The notes under the pieces were generated by a model. That model was not told the DNA's origin, searched no databases, and saw nothing but the letters and a program-made list of their open reading frames with translations. This document shows, one piece after another, positions 27,050 through 35,254 of a DNA stretch of 64,000 nt. Every line of letters begins with the position of its first letter. Position 1 is the first letter of the stretch. Made by a program: the position numbers and the translations under genes. Source of the DNA: an uncultured bacterium (lineage in GTDB: Bacteria; Verrucomicrobiota; Kiritimatiellia; RFP12; UBA1067); NCBI GenBank assembly GCA_902799385.1, contig CADCAK010000016.1, positions 1,201 through 65,200 on the forward strand. The letters run 5' to 3'.

Positions 27050-28018
27050 TCAGTCGCGCGGACGCAGGTAGAACCGCCCTATCACGCGCGACGTGCTCAT
27101 CGTGTTTATGAATGCCTGCGGGTCGATCTTCTTGCAGATCGCGTATATGTACGTCGTGTCGTCCGCCGCCACGACGGAATAGACGATGCTTGCCGGCTTG
27201 CCGGTATACCCGCCGATTCCGCGCATTACAGTTGCCCCGTGGTGGCTTACGCGGTATATGGCCTCGCACACCCTCTTCGGCTCGCTCGTGACTATCATCA
27301 GCGTCTGGTACTGGTATGTCCGGTACATGAGGTGTACGACCTGGAGCGTGACGAACTGGTAGACGATCGAGTAGAGCGTTCCGCTCCAGCTTGAGACGAA
27401 GCCTCCCGCGAGAAGTATGCTGGCGTTGAGCGCAAGTATGATGTTCCACGTCTCGCGCCCCTTCTGCTCGGAAAGGTATATGGCGATGAAGTCAGTACCT
27501 CCAGTCGTGGCGTTCCACCTGAGGCAGAGCGACATCGCGAAGCCGAACACGATGCCTCCGAAGATGCTCGTCACGAACGGGTCGGTCGCGAGGCGCGACA
27601 GGTCGCCCTCGGACATGAACGACGTGAGCGCGTCGATAGGAAGGATGTCGGTCAGGACGCTTGTCATGAAGATGACGTACAGCGACCACATCGTGAAGCG
27701 GCGGCCTATGAAGCGGAAGCCTATCCACACCGGCACCGCGTTCATCGCGACGTTTATGGGCGAGAACGGGACATTCCACCCCCAGCCGTTCAGGTCCACG
27801 ATCTTCTGCAGGACGCGCTGGATAAGCATCGAAAGCCCAGTCGCCCCCGCCGGATAGAGACCTCCCCACGCGACGAACGTGCGGTAGTTGAGGGCAATGA
27901 CGACCGACGCGAACGTCAGCACCGCGAACGTCGCAAAGTTCCTACGGCGTTCGGCCTTGGGCGAATGCCACGCCATCAGCCCGACTCTGTCCTTTGACGA
28001 GGCCGCCATGGTGGTCAC
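27050..28018 (-). CDS. YitT-family membrane protein (DUF161/DUF2179)
   Basis: 'GGTDFIAIYLSEQKGRETW' and a C-terminal DUF2179-like 'TLMIVTSEPKRVCEAIYRVSHHGATVMRGIGGYTG'. Confidence 0.7.
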   Translation of the reverse strand: MTTMAASSKDRVGLMAWHSPKAERRRNFATFAVLTFASVVIALNYRTFVAWGGLYPAGATGLSMLIQRVLQKIVDLNGWGWNVPFSPINVAMNAVPVWIGFRFIGRRFTMWSLYVIFMTSVLTDILPIDALTSFMSEGDLSRLATDPFVTSIFGGIVFGFAMSLCLRWNATTGGTDFIAIYLSEQKGRETWNIILALNASILLAGGFVSSWSGTLYSIVYQFVTLQVVHLMYRTYQYQTLMIVTSEPKRVCEAIYRVSHHGATVMRGIGGYTGKPASIVYSVVAADDTTYIYAICKKIDPQAFINTMSTSRVIGRFYLRPRD

Positions 28019-30255
28019 TTCAGGATCGCGTCAACTACCTTGCCGTAGGAATCGACGACGACCGCGCCATCGAGCTTCTTCGTGGCCAGGCGCTTTGCCT
28101 TCGTATCCGCGACGACGACGACCCTAAGCCCCCGCGCGATGTAGCGTTCCAACGTGCCCGCCTCGTCCTTGGTCACCTTGTCCGTGAGAACGACCGCGTC
28201 CACGTGCGGAAGGTCATCAAGGGCCTTGCCGGACCACACGTAGAACCGGCTGTCGCGATTGAGCGTGTTGAAGAGGAATTCCGCCGACGCCTTGTCTGAC
28301 GAGCGGTACCTGACGGCAACTGCCCCGCGCTTCCTTTCAAGATTCACTGGCGACGGCGCGACGCCCGTCAGGTACTTGATGCCACTCCTCACGAGATCGA
28401 AGGCCGCCTCCTCCTTTTCGGGATGGGGGCACGAAATGAACACCTTGCCCTTGCCGACCCTGCCGCCGAGAAACGCCGCCTTGCCCGCCATGCCCTCGAC
28501 CGGTAGCGGCTGGTCGGTGTTGATGATCTGACCGGCGTATGTGGCAAGCACCTTCACGTCCGTGTCGGCGACCGGATCTCCGGGCACTGCCGCAGGCCCG
28601 CCGGCGTAGATTACGGTGCGTTTTTCCGCAGAGCCCTCGAACGCCGCCTTGCCATCGGCCGTCAGCGTCACCTTGATCGGAGCCTGGCCGCGATAGTGAC
28701 TTGGGTCGTCGCCCTTGTACGGGACAAAACCGAGCCGGGGGTAGTTTTCGCGGGTCTGCTGGAGCGCCAGGAACGCGCCGGCGCACACGCCGTAGTACTT
28801 GCCGCCGTCAAGGACAAACCTCGTAAGTGCCTCCCTGCCCTTCTCGCCGAGCGCGTTGTACTGGCTCTTGCATCCGCCGCCCGGCTGGACAATGAGGTCG
28901 AGTCCGTCAAGACCGCCATTGGCGTAGTCGTCGGGGCTAAGGAACTTAAGCTCGTATTCCGGCGCGAGGTCGAGCATCCTTGCAATCGGGATGTTGGAAT
29001 TGCTCTCGTTCTGGAAGATACCTGCGCGGATCGGCCTTTCGGCCTTCGCCGGAATCGCCGCAGCAGCGGGAACCGGCTCGACGGCAAACGCACGGAGCGC
29101 GGCGAGCGCGGCTTCAGCGTCGGCAACGCACGTGACGCCGCTCTCGCGCTCTTTGGCGACCTCCGCCGCAGTTCCCCATGCGAATACGCGTCCGCCGCGC
29201 GCGAGGAACTCCTTGGTGCGTCCGGCGTTGGTGCCGTAAAGACCTGCCGCAGACTTAGAGGATACGACACCCGTCGGCGCAAGGACCGCATCGACGCGCC
29301 TCAGCATGCCTCCCTCGACAAGCGCCCTGTTCATCGGGACGACATCGAACTCACCATCTGTGACGAGCCGCTGCACAAGACGCGCCGTATCGACGCCGAA
29401 CGAGTCGTCGCACATGAAACCAACGGCGAGCTGTCCGCGCTTCCTCTGCGGATAGTCCCAAGATATCTCCCGCCCCGTCAGGAAGCGAAACGCTCCCTGC
29501 AGGACGTAGTGGTCGTTCTCGTCGCTCTCGGGATGGACAGAGAGCACGAAAATACGGCCCTTCCCGTAAGTGCCCGCGATTGCGGCCGCCTGGCCCGCCA
29601 TGGACGGGCGGTCCTTGTCGCCGCTGGCGTTGATGTCTGCGTTGTACGTCGCAACAACCTCGACGTCGGCATCCTTCACCGGAACCGACGGCAGCGGCAC
29701 TGGGCCTTCGGAATAGCGAATCTTGGTCGCGCCCCTCTTTATGCCCGCGAGTTCCTCGGCGCGGCGGTTGAAGAGAATGGACAATTCCGCCTTTCCGCCG
29801 GCAGGCCCGAACTTGAACGGGATCATGTGGAGCATGTCGGGATGGCCCTTCGACGATTCCATCAGGAGGCAGCAGCCCGCGCATGTGCCGACGTAGCCGC
29901 CGCCGTTCCTAACGAACTCCTTTACCTTCTCGCGCCCCTCGGCTCCAAGCGTCTTTGACTCCAAGACCGACGAACCGCCCGGCATCACAAGGACGTCTGC
30001 ATTGTCGAGTGCGCCCGCACGAACCGCCTCGCCGTCTATTGGCGTCGCGACGACGTTCTTCGCCCGCGCAGTAATCTCTATCCAGCGGAACGCGCCGACG
30101 TTGCGCGCGCCGTTGTCCACGAAGACCGCCACGCGCAGAGGTGCCTCCTTGACTCTTTCGCAAGAGCAGCCTTCGTCCGCATTCGGCCCGACACATCCCG
30201 CCAAAGCGGAGCAGGCAACAACCGCAACAAGCGACTTGGTTTTCGACGTCTTCAT
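28015..30255 (-). CDS. lipoprotein with four tandem class-I glutamine-amidotransferase/BPL_N-like modules
   Basis: Lipobox 'SLVAVVACSALAGC'. Modules 1 and 3 carry 'YVGTCAGCCLL' and 'YYGVCAGAFLAL' nucleophile-elbow motifs; modules 2 and 4 lack the Cys. ATG 30255 is preferred over GTG 30261 on RBS spacing. Confidence 0.55.
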   Translation of the reverse strand: MKTSKTKSLVAVVACSALAGCVGPNADEGCSCERVKEAPLRVAVFVDNGARNVGAFRWIEITARAKNVVATPIDGEAVRAGALDNADVLVMPGGSSVLESKTLGAEGREKVKEFVRNGGGYVGTCAGCCLLMESSKGHPDMLHMIPFKFGPAGGKAELSILFNRRAEELAGIKRGATKIRYSEGPVPLPSVPVKDADVEVVATYNADINASGDKDRPSMAGQAAAIAGTYGKGRIFVLSVHPESDENDHYVLQGAFRFLTGREISWDYPQRKRGQLAVGFMCDDSFGVDTARLVQRLVTDGEFDVVPMNRALVEGGMLRRVDAVLAPTGVVSSKSAAGLYGTNAGRTKEFLARGGRVFAWGTAAEVAKERESGVTCVADAEAALAALRAFAVEPVPAAAAIPAKAERPIRAGIFQNESNSNIPIARMLDLAPEYELKFLSPDDYANGGLDGLDLIVQPGGGCKSQYNALGEKGREALTRFVLDGGKYYGVCAGAFLALQQTRENYPRLGFVPYKGDDPSHYRGQAPIKVTLTADGKAAFEGSAEKRTVIYAGGPAAVPGDPVADTDVKVLATYAGQIINTDQPLPVEGMAGKAAFLGGRVGKGKVFISCPHPEKEEAAFDLVRSGIKYLTGVAPSPVNLERKRGAVAVRYRSSDKASAEFLFNTLNRDSRFYVWSGKALDDLPHVDAVVLTDKVTKDEAGTLERYIARGLRVVVVADTKAKRLATKKLDGAVVVDSYGKVVDAILK

Positions 30256-30301
30256 TTTCACTGTCCTTTAGCGTACTCCCCCGGATTTCCGGTTTGCGGA
30301 T

Positions 30302-30310
30302 ATTATACCA
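30302..30310 (-). promoter_or_regulatory. extended -10 promoter box TGGTATAAT (minus strand)
   Basis: Intergenic, about 45 nt upstream of the 30255 start. Back-to-back with the plus-strand box at 30368. Confidence 0.6.
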
Positions 30311-30367
30311 TTTTTCCATGCAGTCCGCAGTGAATGCCTGGGGCAACGGGCAAGGCGGGGCAACATT

Positions 30368-30376
30368 TGGTATAAT
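30368..30376 (+). promoter_or_regulatory. extended -10 promoter box TGGTATAAT, leaderless spacing
   Basis: Six nt (ACGTGC) separate the box from the sulfatase ATG at 30383. There is no room for an RBS. Confidence 0.65.
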
Positions 30377-30382
30377 ACGTGC

Positions 30383-31969
30383 ATGGACACGACACGACGC
30401 AACTTTGTGACCGAGGCGACCGCCCTCGCGTTTCTCTCGCTCAGGGGCTCTGGACTGCTCGCGGCGGCGGGCCGCAGGCGCCTCAACATCCTCTACATCA
30501 TGACCGACGACCACGCCGCGCACGCGATAGGCGCGTACGGGTCGCGGATCAACAAGACGCCGCACATCGACCGACTCGCGCGGGAGGGAATGCTGCTAAA
30601 GAACTGCTTCTGCACGAACCCGATCTGCACGCCTAGCCGCGCCGGGATACTGACCGGCGAGTACAGCCACAAAAACGGCGTCCCCGTCTTCAACGACATC
30701 TCGACCGACATCAAGACCGTTGGCGGCTACATGCGCGACGCAGGCTACTACTCTGCCTTCATCGGCAAGTGGCACCTCGGCGGCCCAAAGACGGTGCGCG
30801 ACCCCGACTGGGACCGCTGGATGGTCTACGCGAACCAGGGCGTCTACTTTGACCCGTGGTTCTGGGAGAAGAAGGACGGCAAGATCGTCAAGACGGAATA
30901 CCGCGGCGAATACGCCACGGAGAACATCACGAAGGTCACGGAGAACGTGATTGACGGCGCACTTGCGACCGGCAAGCCCTTCTTCGTCATGATGCACCAC
31001 AAGGCGCCTCACCGCAACTGGCTGCCGAGCGACAAGTACAGGGCCGCATTCCGCAATCTCACGCTGAAGGACATCCCGCCGCCCGACACCCTCTTCGACG
31101 ACTGGAAGGGACGCGCCTCGCCCATTAGGACGACGGCGATGACGCTACTCCACCACATGCGCCTCAAGGAAGACCTGAAGCTCGCCGAATACTTCGCCGG
31201 CGGCGGCAAGTTCGAGTTCGAGGGGCGCAGCTACGAAGGCGCTAAGGACGACTCCGGCAAGTTCGTCGACAAATGGCCCGAGGGGATGGACGACCGCGCC
31301 AAGACCGCCCTTTCCTACCTTCGCTACATGCAGGACTACCTCGCCTGCGTCCAGTCGGTGGACGACTCCGTCGGCGACATGTGCGACTACCTCGCGAAGA
31401 AAGGGATCTTCGACAGCACCGTCGTGATCTACACTTCTGACCAGGGGTTCTTCCTCGGCGACCACGGACTGTACGACAAGCGCTTCATCATGGACGAGGT
31501 CGCGCGCATGCCGTTCGTCGCGCGCTGCCCCGCGATCATCGCGCCGGGGAGCGTCAACTCAGACATAGTCACCAACATAGACTTCGCCCCGACTTTCCTC
31601 GCCATCGCGGAAGGAAAGATTCCCGGCCGCATGCAGGGTGAGAGCTTCCTCGGGAATCTTGAGGGGCGGACGCCCGCCTCCTGGCGCGAGGACTGCTACA
31701 TGCGCTACTACGTCGAAGGCGGCGAGCACGCGACGAGCGCATGGTACGGCATACGCACGAAGACCGACGCGCTCGTCCACTACTACAGGCGTGGCGAGTG
31801 GGAGTACTTCGACATCGTGAAGGATCCCGACGAGGTGAAGAACGAATACTCAAACCCCGCATACCGGGAGCGGATCGACTTCCTCAAGAAGCGCATCGCC
31901 GCGCTAAAGTCGAGGCTTGGCGACGATGACAGGTACGCGAACGCAAGGGAGTACGGCCCGGTGGAGTGA
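30383..31969 (+). CDS. Cys-type sulfatase with twin-arginine leader
   Basis: 'MDTTRRNFVTEATALAFL' Tat-like leader. 'NILYIMTDDHAAHAIGAYGS' and the formylglycine motif 'CTPSRAGILTG'. 'TSDQGFFLGDHGLYDKR'. Confidence 0.85.
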   Translation: MDTTRRNFVTEATALAFLSLRGSGLLAAAGRRRLNILYIMTDDHAAHAIGAYGSRINKTPHIDRLAREGMLLKNCFCTNPICTPSRAGILTGEYSHKNGVPVFNDISTDIKTVGGYMRDAGYYSAFIGKWHLGGPKTVRDPDWDRWMVYANQGVYFDPWFWEKKDGKIVKTEYRGEYATENITKVTENVIDGALATGKPFFVMMHHKAPHRNWLPSDKYRAAFRNLTLKDIPPPDTLFDDWKGRASPIRTTAMTLLHHMRLKEDLKLAEYFAGGGKFEFEGRSYEGAKDDSGKFVDKWPEGMDDRAKTALSYLRYMQDYLACVQSVDDSVGDMCDYLAKKGIFDSTVVIYTSDQGFFLGDHGLYDKRFIMDEVARMPFVARCPAIIAPGSVNSDIVTNIDFAPTFLAIAEGKIPGRMQGESFLGNLEGRTPASWREDCYMRYYVEGGEHATSAWYGIRTKTDALVHYYRRGEWEYFDIVKDPDEVKNEYSNPAYRERIDFLKKRIAALKSRLGDDDRYANAREYGPVE

Positions 31970-32031
31970 CTTACGGGACACGGGGCCGCAACAGGCACCG
32001 TACGATTCTTGCACACAGGAAGGCAAGAATG

Positions 32032-32040
32032 TGGTAGAAT
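32032..32040 (+). promoter_or_regulatory. extended -10-like box TGGTAGAAT
   Basis: Intergenic, one mismatch from the family motif. It lies 122 nt upstream of ATG 32163. Confidence 0.4.
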
Positions 32041-32162
32041 ATTGGCAAAAGGCGGGGGAAGTCTGACTCTGTCGCAGTTGCCGCAAAGTCGGCGACGACG
32101 CATTGCAAGGGCACGACCGGTCCATGCGATGCGAAAACAATGAGGTCGCAAGGAGAAAAAAG

Positions 32163-33200
32163 ATGAAAAGACTGGTGATTGCAGCTGTGGCCTGCGCCGC
32201 ATGTTGCGCATGGGCAGACGACGAATTTGCGCCGGAGGGCGTCAAGAAGGTCGTCCTGAAGATTGCGACGGTGGAGACGCCGAGCACTCGCGCCGAGAAA
32301 TGGGATCCGCCGCAGGTTCCGCCATCTGCCAAGGCGATGCCCTTCAGCGAGTCGGACATTCAGAGCGCGTCGCCCGAGGAGGCGCTGAAGATGGATCGCG
32401 CCAACCGCATGACGCGATTCGAGAACAACCGCATGCAGGCCAAGCTGGCGTTGCAGCGGTACAACGACGCAATGAGCCATTTCAAGGGCATGAAGGCGAA
32501 GCTTGAGGGAACGGCGTTCGGCCGCCAGATCCTCATGGCGATGGACAAATTCGCCGGCTCCGCCGGGGAGTTCTTTGACCCTGACTGCATAGAGTTCCTC
32601 CACAGCATGGACGCGATCGGCGAGCAGAAGGCGGCCGAGCTCATAAGCGGCGCCAAGACCGCGAAAGACGAGGAGATGGTCGCGCCGTACTTCATCAAGC
32701 TCATCTTCGACGATCCGCAGACCAAGACCATCACCGGCTCCGTCGCGGGCACCGAGATGACGCGCACGACCGTCAAGATCGGCCTCTCGTACCAGGTCCA
32801 GGACCTGGCCACTGGCAAGATCGTCACGGCGCGCAACCTGAAGAAGGAGAAATCCGAGCGCGACTGCTCCGACGAGAAGTCGCTTGTGGTGGACGCGATC
32901 GACGAAATCCTCGCAGACGCCGCGAAGGAGATCAACAAGCATTTCGTGGCCAAGGTGAAGATCAAGGTGATCCCTTTGAAGAAGGACAAGGACTTTGACG
33001 CCGATTCCGCCTCTATTGAGATCGACGGCGCTTCGTGCGACGCAGGGGACGAGATTACGCTGATGAAAGGCCGGCACACGATTTCCGTGGAGCTCGAAGG
33101 CTACAAGCAGATCGGCTCGGTCCGCTTTGACGTCAAGAAGTCCGGCGATATTAAGATAAAGGTAAAGAAGGTCGAAGAGAAGAAGTCCGACGAAGAGTGA
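32163..33200 (+). CDS. secreted protein: helical N-terminal part, LpoB/CsgG-like middle region, PEGA-like C-terminus
   Basis: AAGGAG RBS. Signal 'MKRLVIAAVACAACCAWA'. C-terminal 'IEIDGASCDAGDEITLMKGRHTISVELEGYKQ' resembles a PEGA repeat. The listed ORF from 32103 is an in-frame upstream extension. Confidence 0.5.
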   Translation: MKRLVIAAVACAACCAWADDEFAPEGVKKVVLKIATVETPSTRAEKWDPPQVPPSAKAMPFSESDIQSASPEEALKMDRANRMTRFENNRMQAKLALQRYNDAMSHFKGMKAKLEGTAFGRQILMAMDKFAGSAGEFFDPDCIEFLHSMDAIGEQKAAELISGAKTAKDEEMVAPYFIKLIFDDPQTKTITGSVAGTEMTRTTVKIGLSYQVQDLATGKIVTARNLKKEKSERDCSDEKSLVVDAIDEILADAAKEINKHFVAKVKIKVIPLKKDKDFDADSASIEIDGASCDAGDEITLMKGRHTISVELEGYKQIGSVRFDVKKSGDIKIKVKKVEEKKSDEE

Positions 33201-33231
33201 TTCACCCATCGAGGAATAAAAGGAGAATACC

Positions 33232-34269
33232 ATGAACAATAGATTGATGTTTGCCGCCATGTGCGCAGGTACCATGTTGGCGGGTTGCGTGTCCTACACC
33301 GGCCAGACGCTTGATGCCGACGAGGCGGCGGATGCTGAAAACCAGGCCTTCGCGGCCGAGGCGCAGAAGGCTTTCGTCGCCCGCATGAAGGCCCCGCCGC
33401 GTCCCGTGGTCGTGACGGAAGCGCCCGAAATGGGCATATTCCTCGATCCCGGCAAGAGCGTGTTCAGCGGGCACCCCCTCTGCAACGACCTCGCCGTCCG
33501 CAAGGAAGTGGCTCTTGCGTTCAAGGCAAGTCTGCGCCAGAAGATATCCGCGATTAAGGACTTCAAGCTCGTCGAGGAGGCCCAGGCGATGGTCGCCGTC
33601 GGCGACGAAGTCACAAGTTCGCAGAACTACCGTCTGACGTACAACGTCACGAGTCTCGCGCTCAGGGAGAGCGCAACCGGCTTCATCAGCTCGGGGCTTG
33701 CCACCACGGCGCTCACGAGGGGGCCGAGGGACTCGCAGGCAAAGTACTGGGACGGTGTCGCCACGGTGGAGGTCAGGCTGTTCAAGCCCGACGGCACGAC
33801 GCAGATATTCGCCTTCACTGGCGAAGGCATTTGCACAAAGACCGAGGATGCGTACACCCAACTTGACAAGACGTTCCTCGTTGACGCGGTCAAAGCCGCC
33901 GCAGACAACGCGATGGAGGGATACGTGAAGAAGTTCGGCCCCCCCGTATTCGTGGCCGAGACGTGCCAGGGCGGACAGTTCGCAAGGCTGAACATCGGCT
34001 CCAAGTTCGGGGTCCAGTCCGGCCAGCGCGTCGAATTCTACCGCAACAGGATCCGCAAGGGCGTATCCGGCGAGGATGAAGTGTCGCGCGTTGTCGTCGG
34101 CAACGGAATCGTCGGCGAGAAGAACGCCCCGGTCGAGCCCGACGGAGCGTGGGTCTATGTCGAAAACTTCGACGAGGCCAACCGGTCGGTGTTCCGCTGG
34201 ACATCTGCGCGCATAATGGAGACAGACAACCGCTCATCCTTCGACAAGGTGATCACGAGCTTCAAGTAA
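33232..34269 (+). CDS. lipoprotein, LpoB/CsgG/FlgP-like domain plus C-terminal beta-barrel-like domain
   Basis: AGGAG RBS. Lipobox 'GTMLAGC'. 'YWDGVATVEVRLFKPDGTTQIFAFTGEG' fits the terminal strand pattern of CsgG/LpoB-like folds (tentative). Confidence 0.45.
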   Translation: MNNRLMFAAMCAGTMLAGCVSYTGQTLDADEAADAENQAFAAEAQKAFVARMKAPPRPVVVTEAPEMGIFLDPGKSVFSGHPLCNDLAVRKEVALAFKASLRQKISAIKDFKLVEEAQAMVAVGDEVTSSQNYRLTYNVTSLALRESATGFISSGLATTALTRGPRDSQAKYWDGVATVEVRLFKPDGTTQIFAFTGEGICTKTEDAYTQLDKTFLVDAVKAAADNAMEGYVKKFGPPVFVAETCQGGQFARLNIGSKFGVQSGQRVEFYRNRIRKGVSGEDEVSRVVVGNGIVGEKNAPVEPDGAWVYVENFDEANRSVFRWTSARIMETDNRSSFDKVITSFK

Positions 34270-34306
34270 CCGAATGCAAACCTAAGGTAACTCAAGAAAG
34301 AGAGGC

Positions 34307-35248
34307 ATGACAATGAACAAGATACTATGTGCACTTTCCGCGCTTGCCCTGTGCGTCTCGCCCGTCTGGGCGGATGACGACGACGAGGACGAGGCGCCCG
34401 GGCCCGATCCGCGCCCGTTCGTCTCGATCGATGCCGAGCATATCGAAAACAAGACCGACGACCAGACCGCCAACTTCAAGAGCCTGACCGACCGCCTGAA
34501 CAACGCCCTGACCGAGACGGGCCTCTGGCGCGTCATGGACATGAAGGACATGGCCGACGCCATCAAGAAGAACAACGCCATGGCCGTTGCGGCCAACACG
34601 AAGAAACTTGACGAGTTCGAGACCCCCGGATGGACCATCAAGCTTGCGGTCACGACCTATGCCGTGGCGTCGGCCCAAAGCACCGACGCGCTCATGGGCG
34701 GCACGAAGAACCACGAACAGGGCAAGGTTGAGCTTATCCTGCGCGTGGTCGACCAGAAAGGCGAGACGCTGAAGTCGAAGAACATCTCCGGACAGAGCTA
34801 CGGCAACGCCTCGGCCTCGGCCAACCTCAAAGAACAGGTCCTTCAGGACGCTAACAAGAAGGCCTGCAACCTCGTTGTCGCGGCGCTGATCGAGATGACG
34901 CCCTTCTACATCGCCGACATCGAAGACGGCGTGGTCAACGTCGACATCGGCAAGCCGACCGTCAAGGTCGGGCAGGTGCTTCGCGTCATGAAGCAGGGCA
35001 AGGGCAAGAAGAGCAAGCGCACTGGCAAAGTCACGAAGACCGAAACCGAAGTGGCGAGGATACAGATTACCTCGGCGACGGACGAGATGAGCCAGGCGAA
35101 GATCATTGGCGGCACGATCAGTCCCGGCGATGACGAGGACGATCCGTACAAGAAGTACATTGTCCGGTTCACCGATCCAGACCAGGACAAGATGAACACC
35201 CCGCAGCCGACGCAGCCCGCAGCCGCTTCGGACGCGGCTCCGTTCTAG
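34307..35248 (+). CDS. secreted CsgG/LpoB/FlgP-like protein with C-terminal SH3/beta-barrel-like domain
   Basis: Signal 'ILCALSALALCVSPVWA' followed by 'DDDDEDE'. 'FVSIDAEHIENKTDDQTANFKSLTDRLNNALTETGLWRVMD' and 'GKVELILRVVDQKGETLKSKNISGQS' match the CsgG-like pattern (tentative). Confidence 0.45.
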   Translation: MTMNKILCALSALALCVSPVWADDDDEDEAPGPDPRPFVSIDAEHIENKTDDQTANFKSLTDRLNNALTETGLWRVMDMKDMADAIKKNNAMAVAANTKKLDEFETPGWTIKLAVTTYAVASAQSTDALMGGTKNHEQGKVELILRVVDQKGETLKSKNISGQSYGNASASANLKEQVLQDANKKACNLVVAALIEMTPFYIADIEDGVVNVDIGKPTVKVGQVLRVMKQGKGKKSKRTGKVTKTETEVARIQITSATDEMSQAKIIGGTISPGDDEDDPYKKYIVRFTDPDQDKMNTPQPTQPAAASDAAPF

Positions 35249-35254
35249 GGGAAG

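Noticed and set aside
28696-29958. 420-aa plus-strand ORF inside the BPL_N-like lipoprotein gene. The same reasoning applies to similar ORFs at 31971-33275 (-), 45572-46966 (+), 25454-26536 (+) and 38774-39550 (+).
   Set aside because: All are antisense to genes with signal peptides or conserved motifs. All show the Arg/Ala/Gly/Pro bias expected from reading GC-rich genes in the wrong frame.
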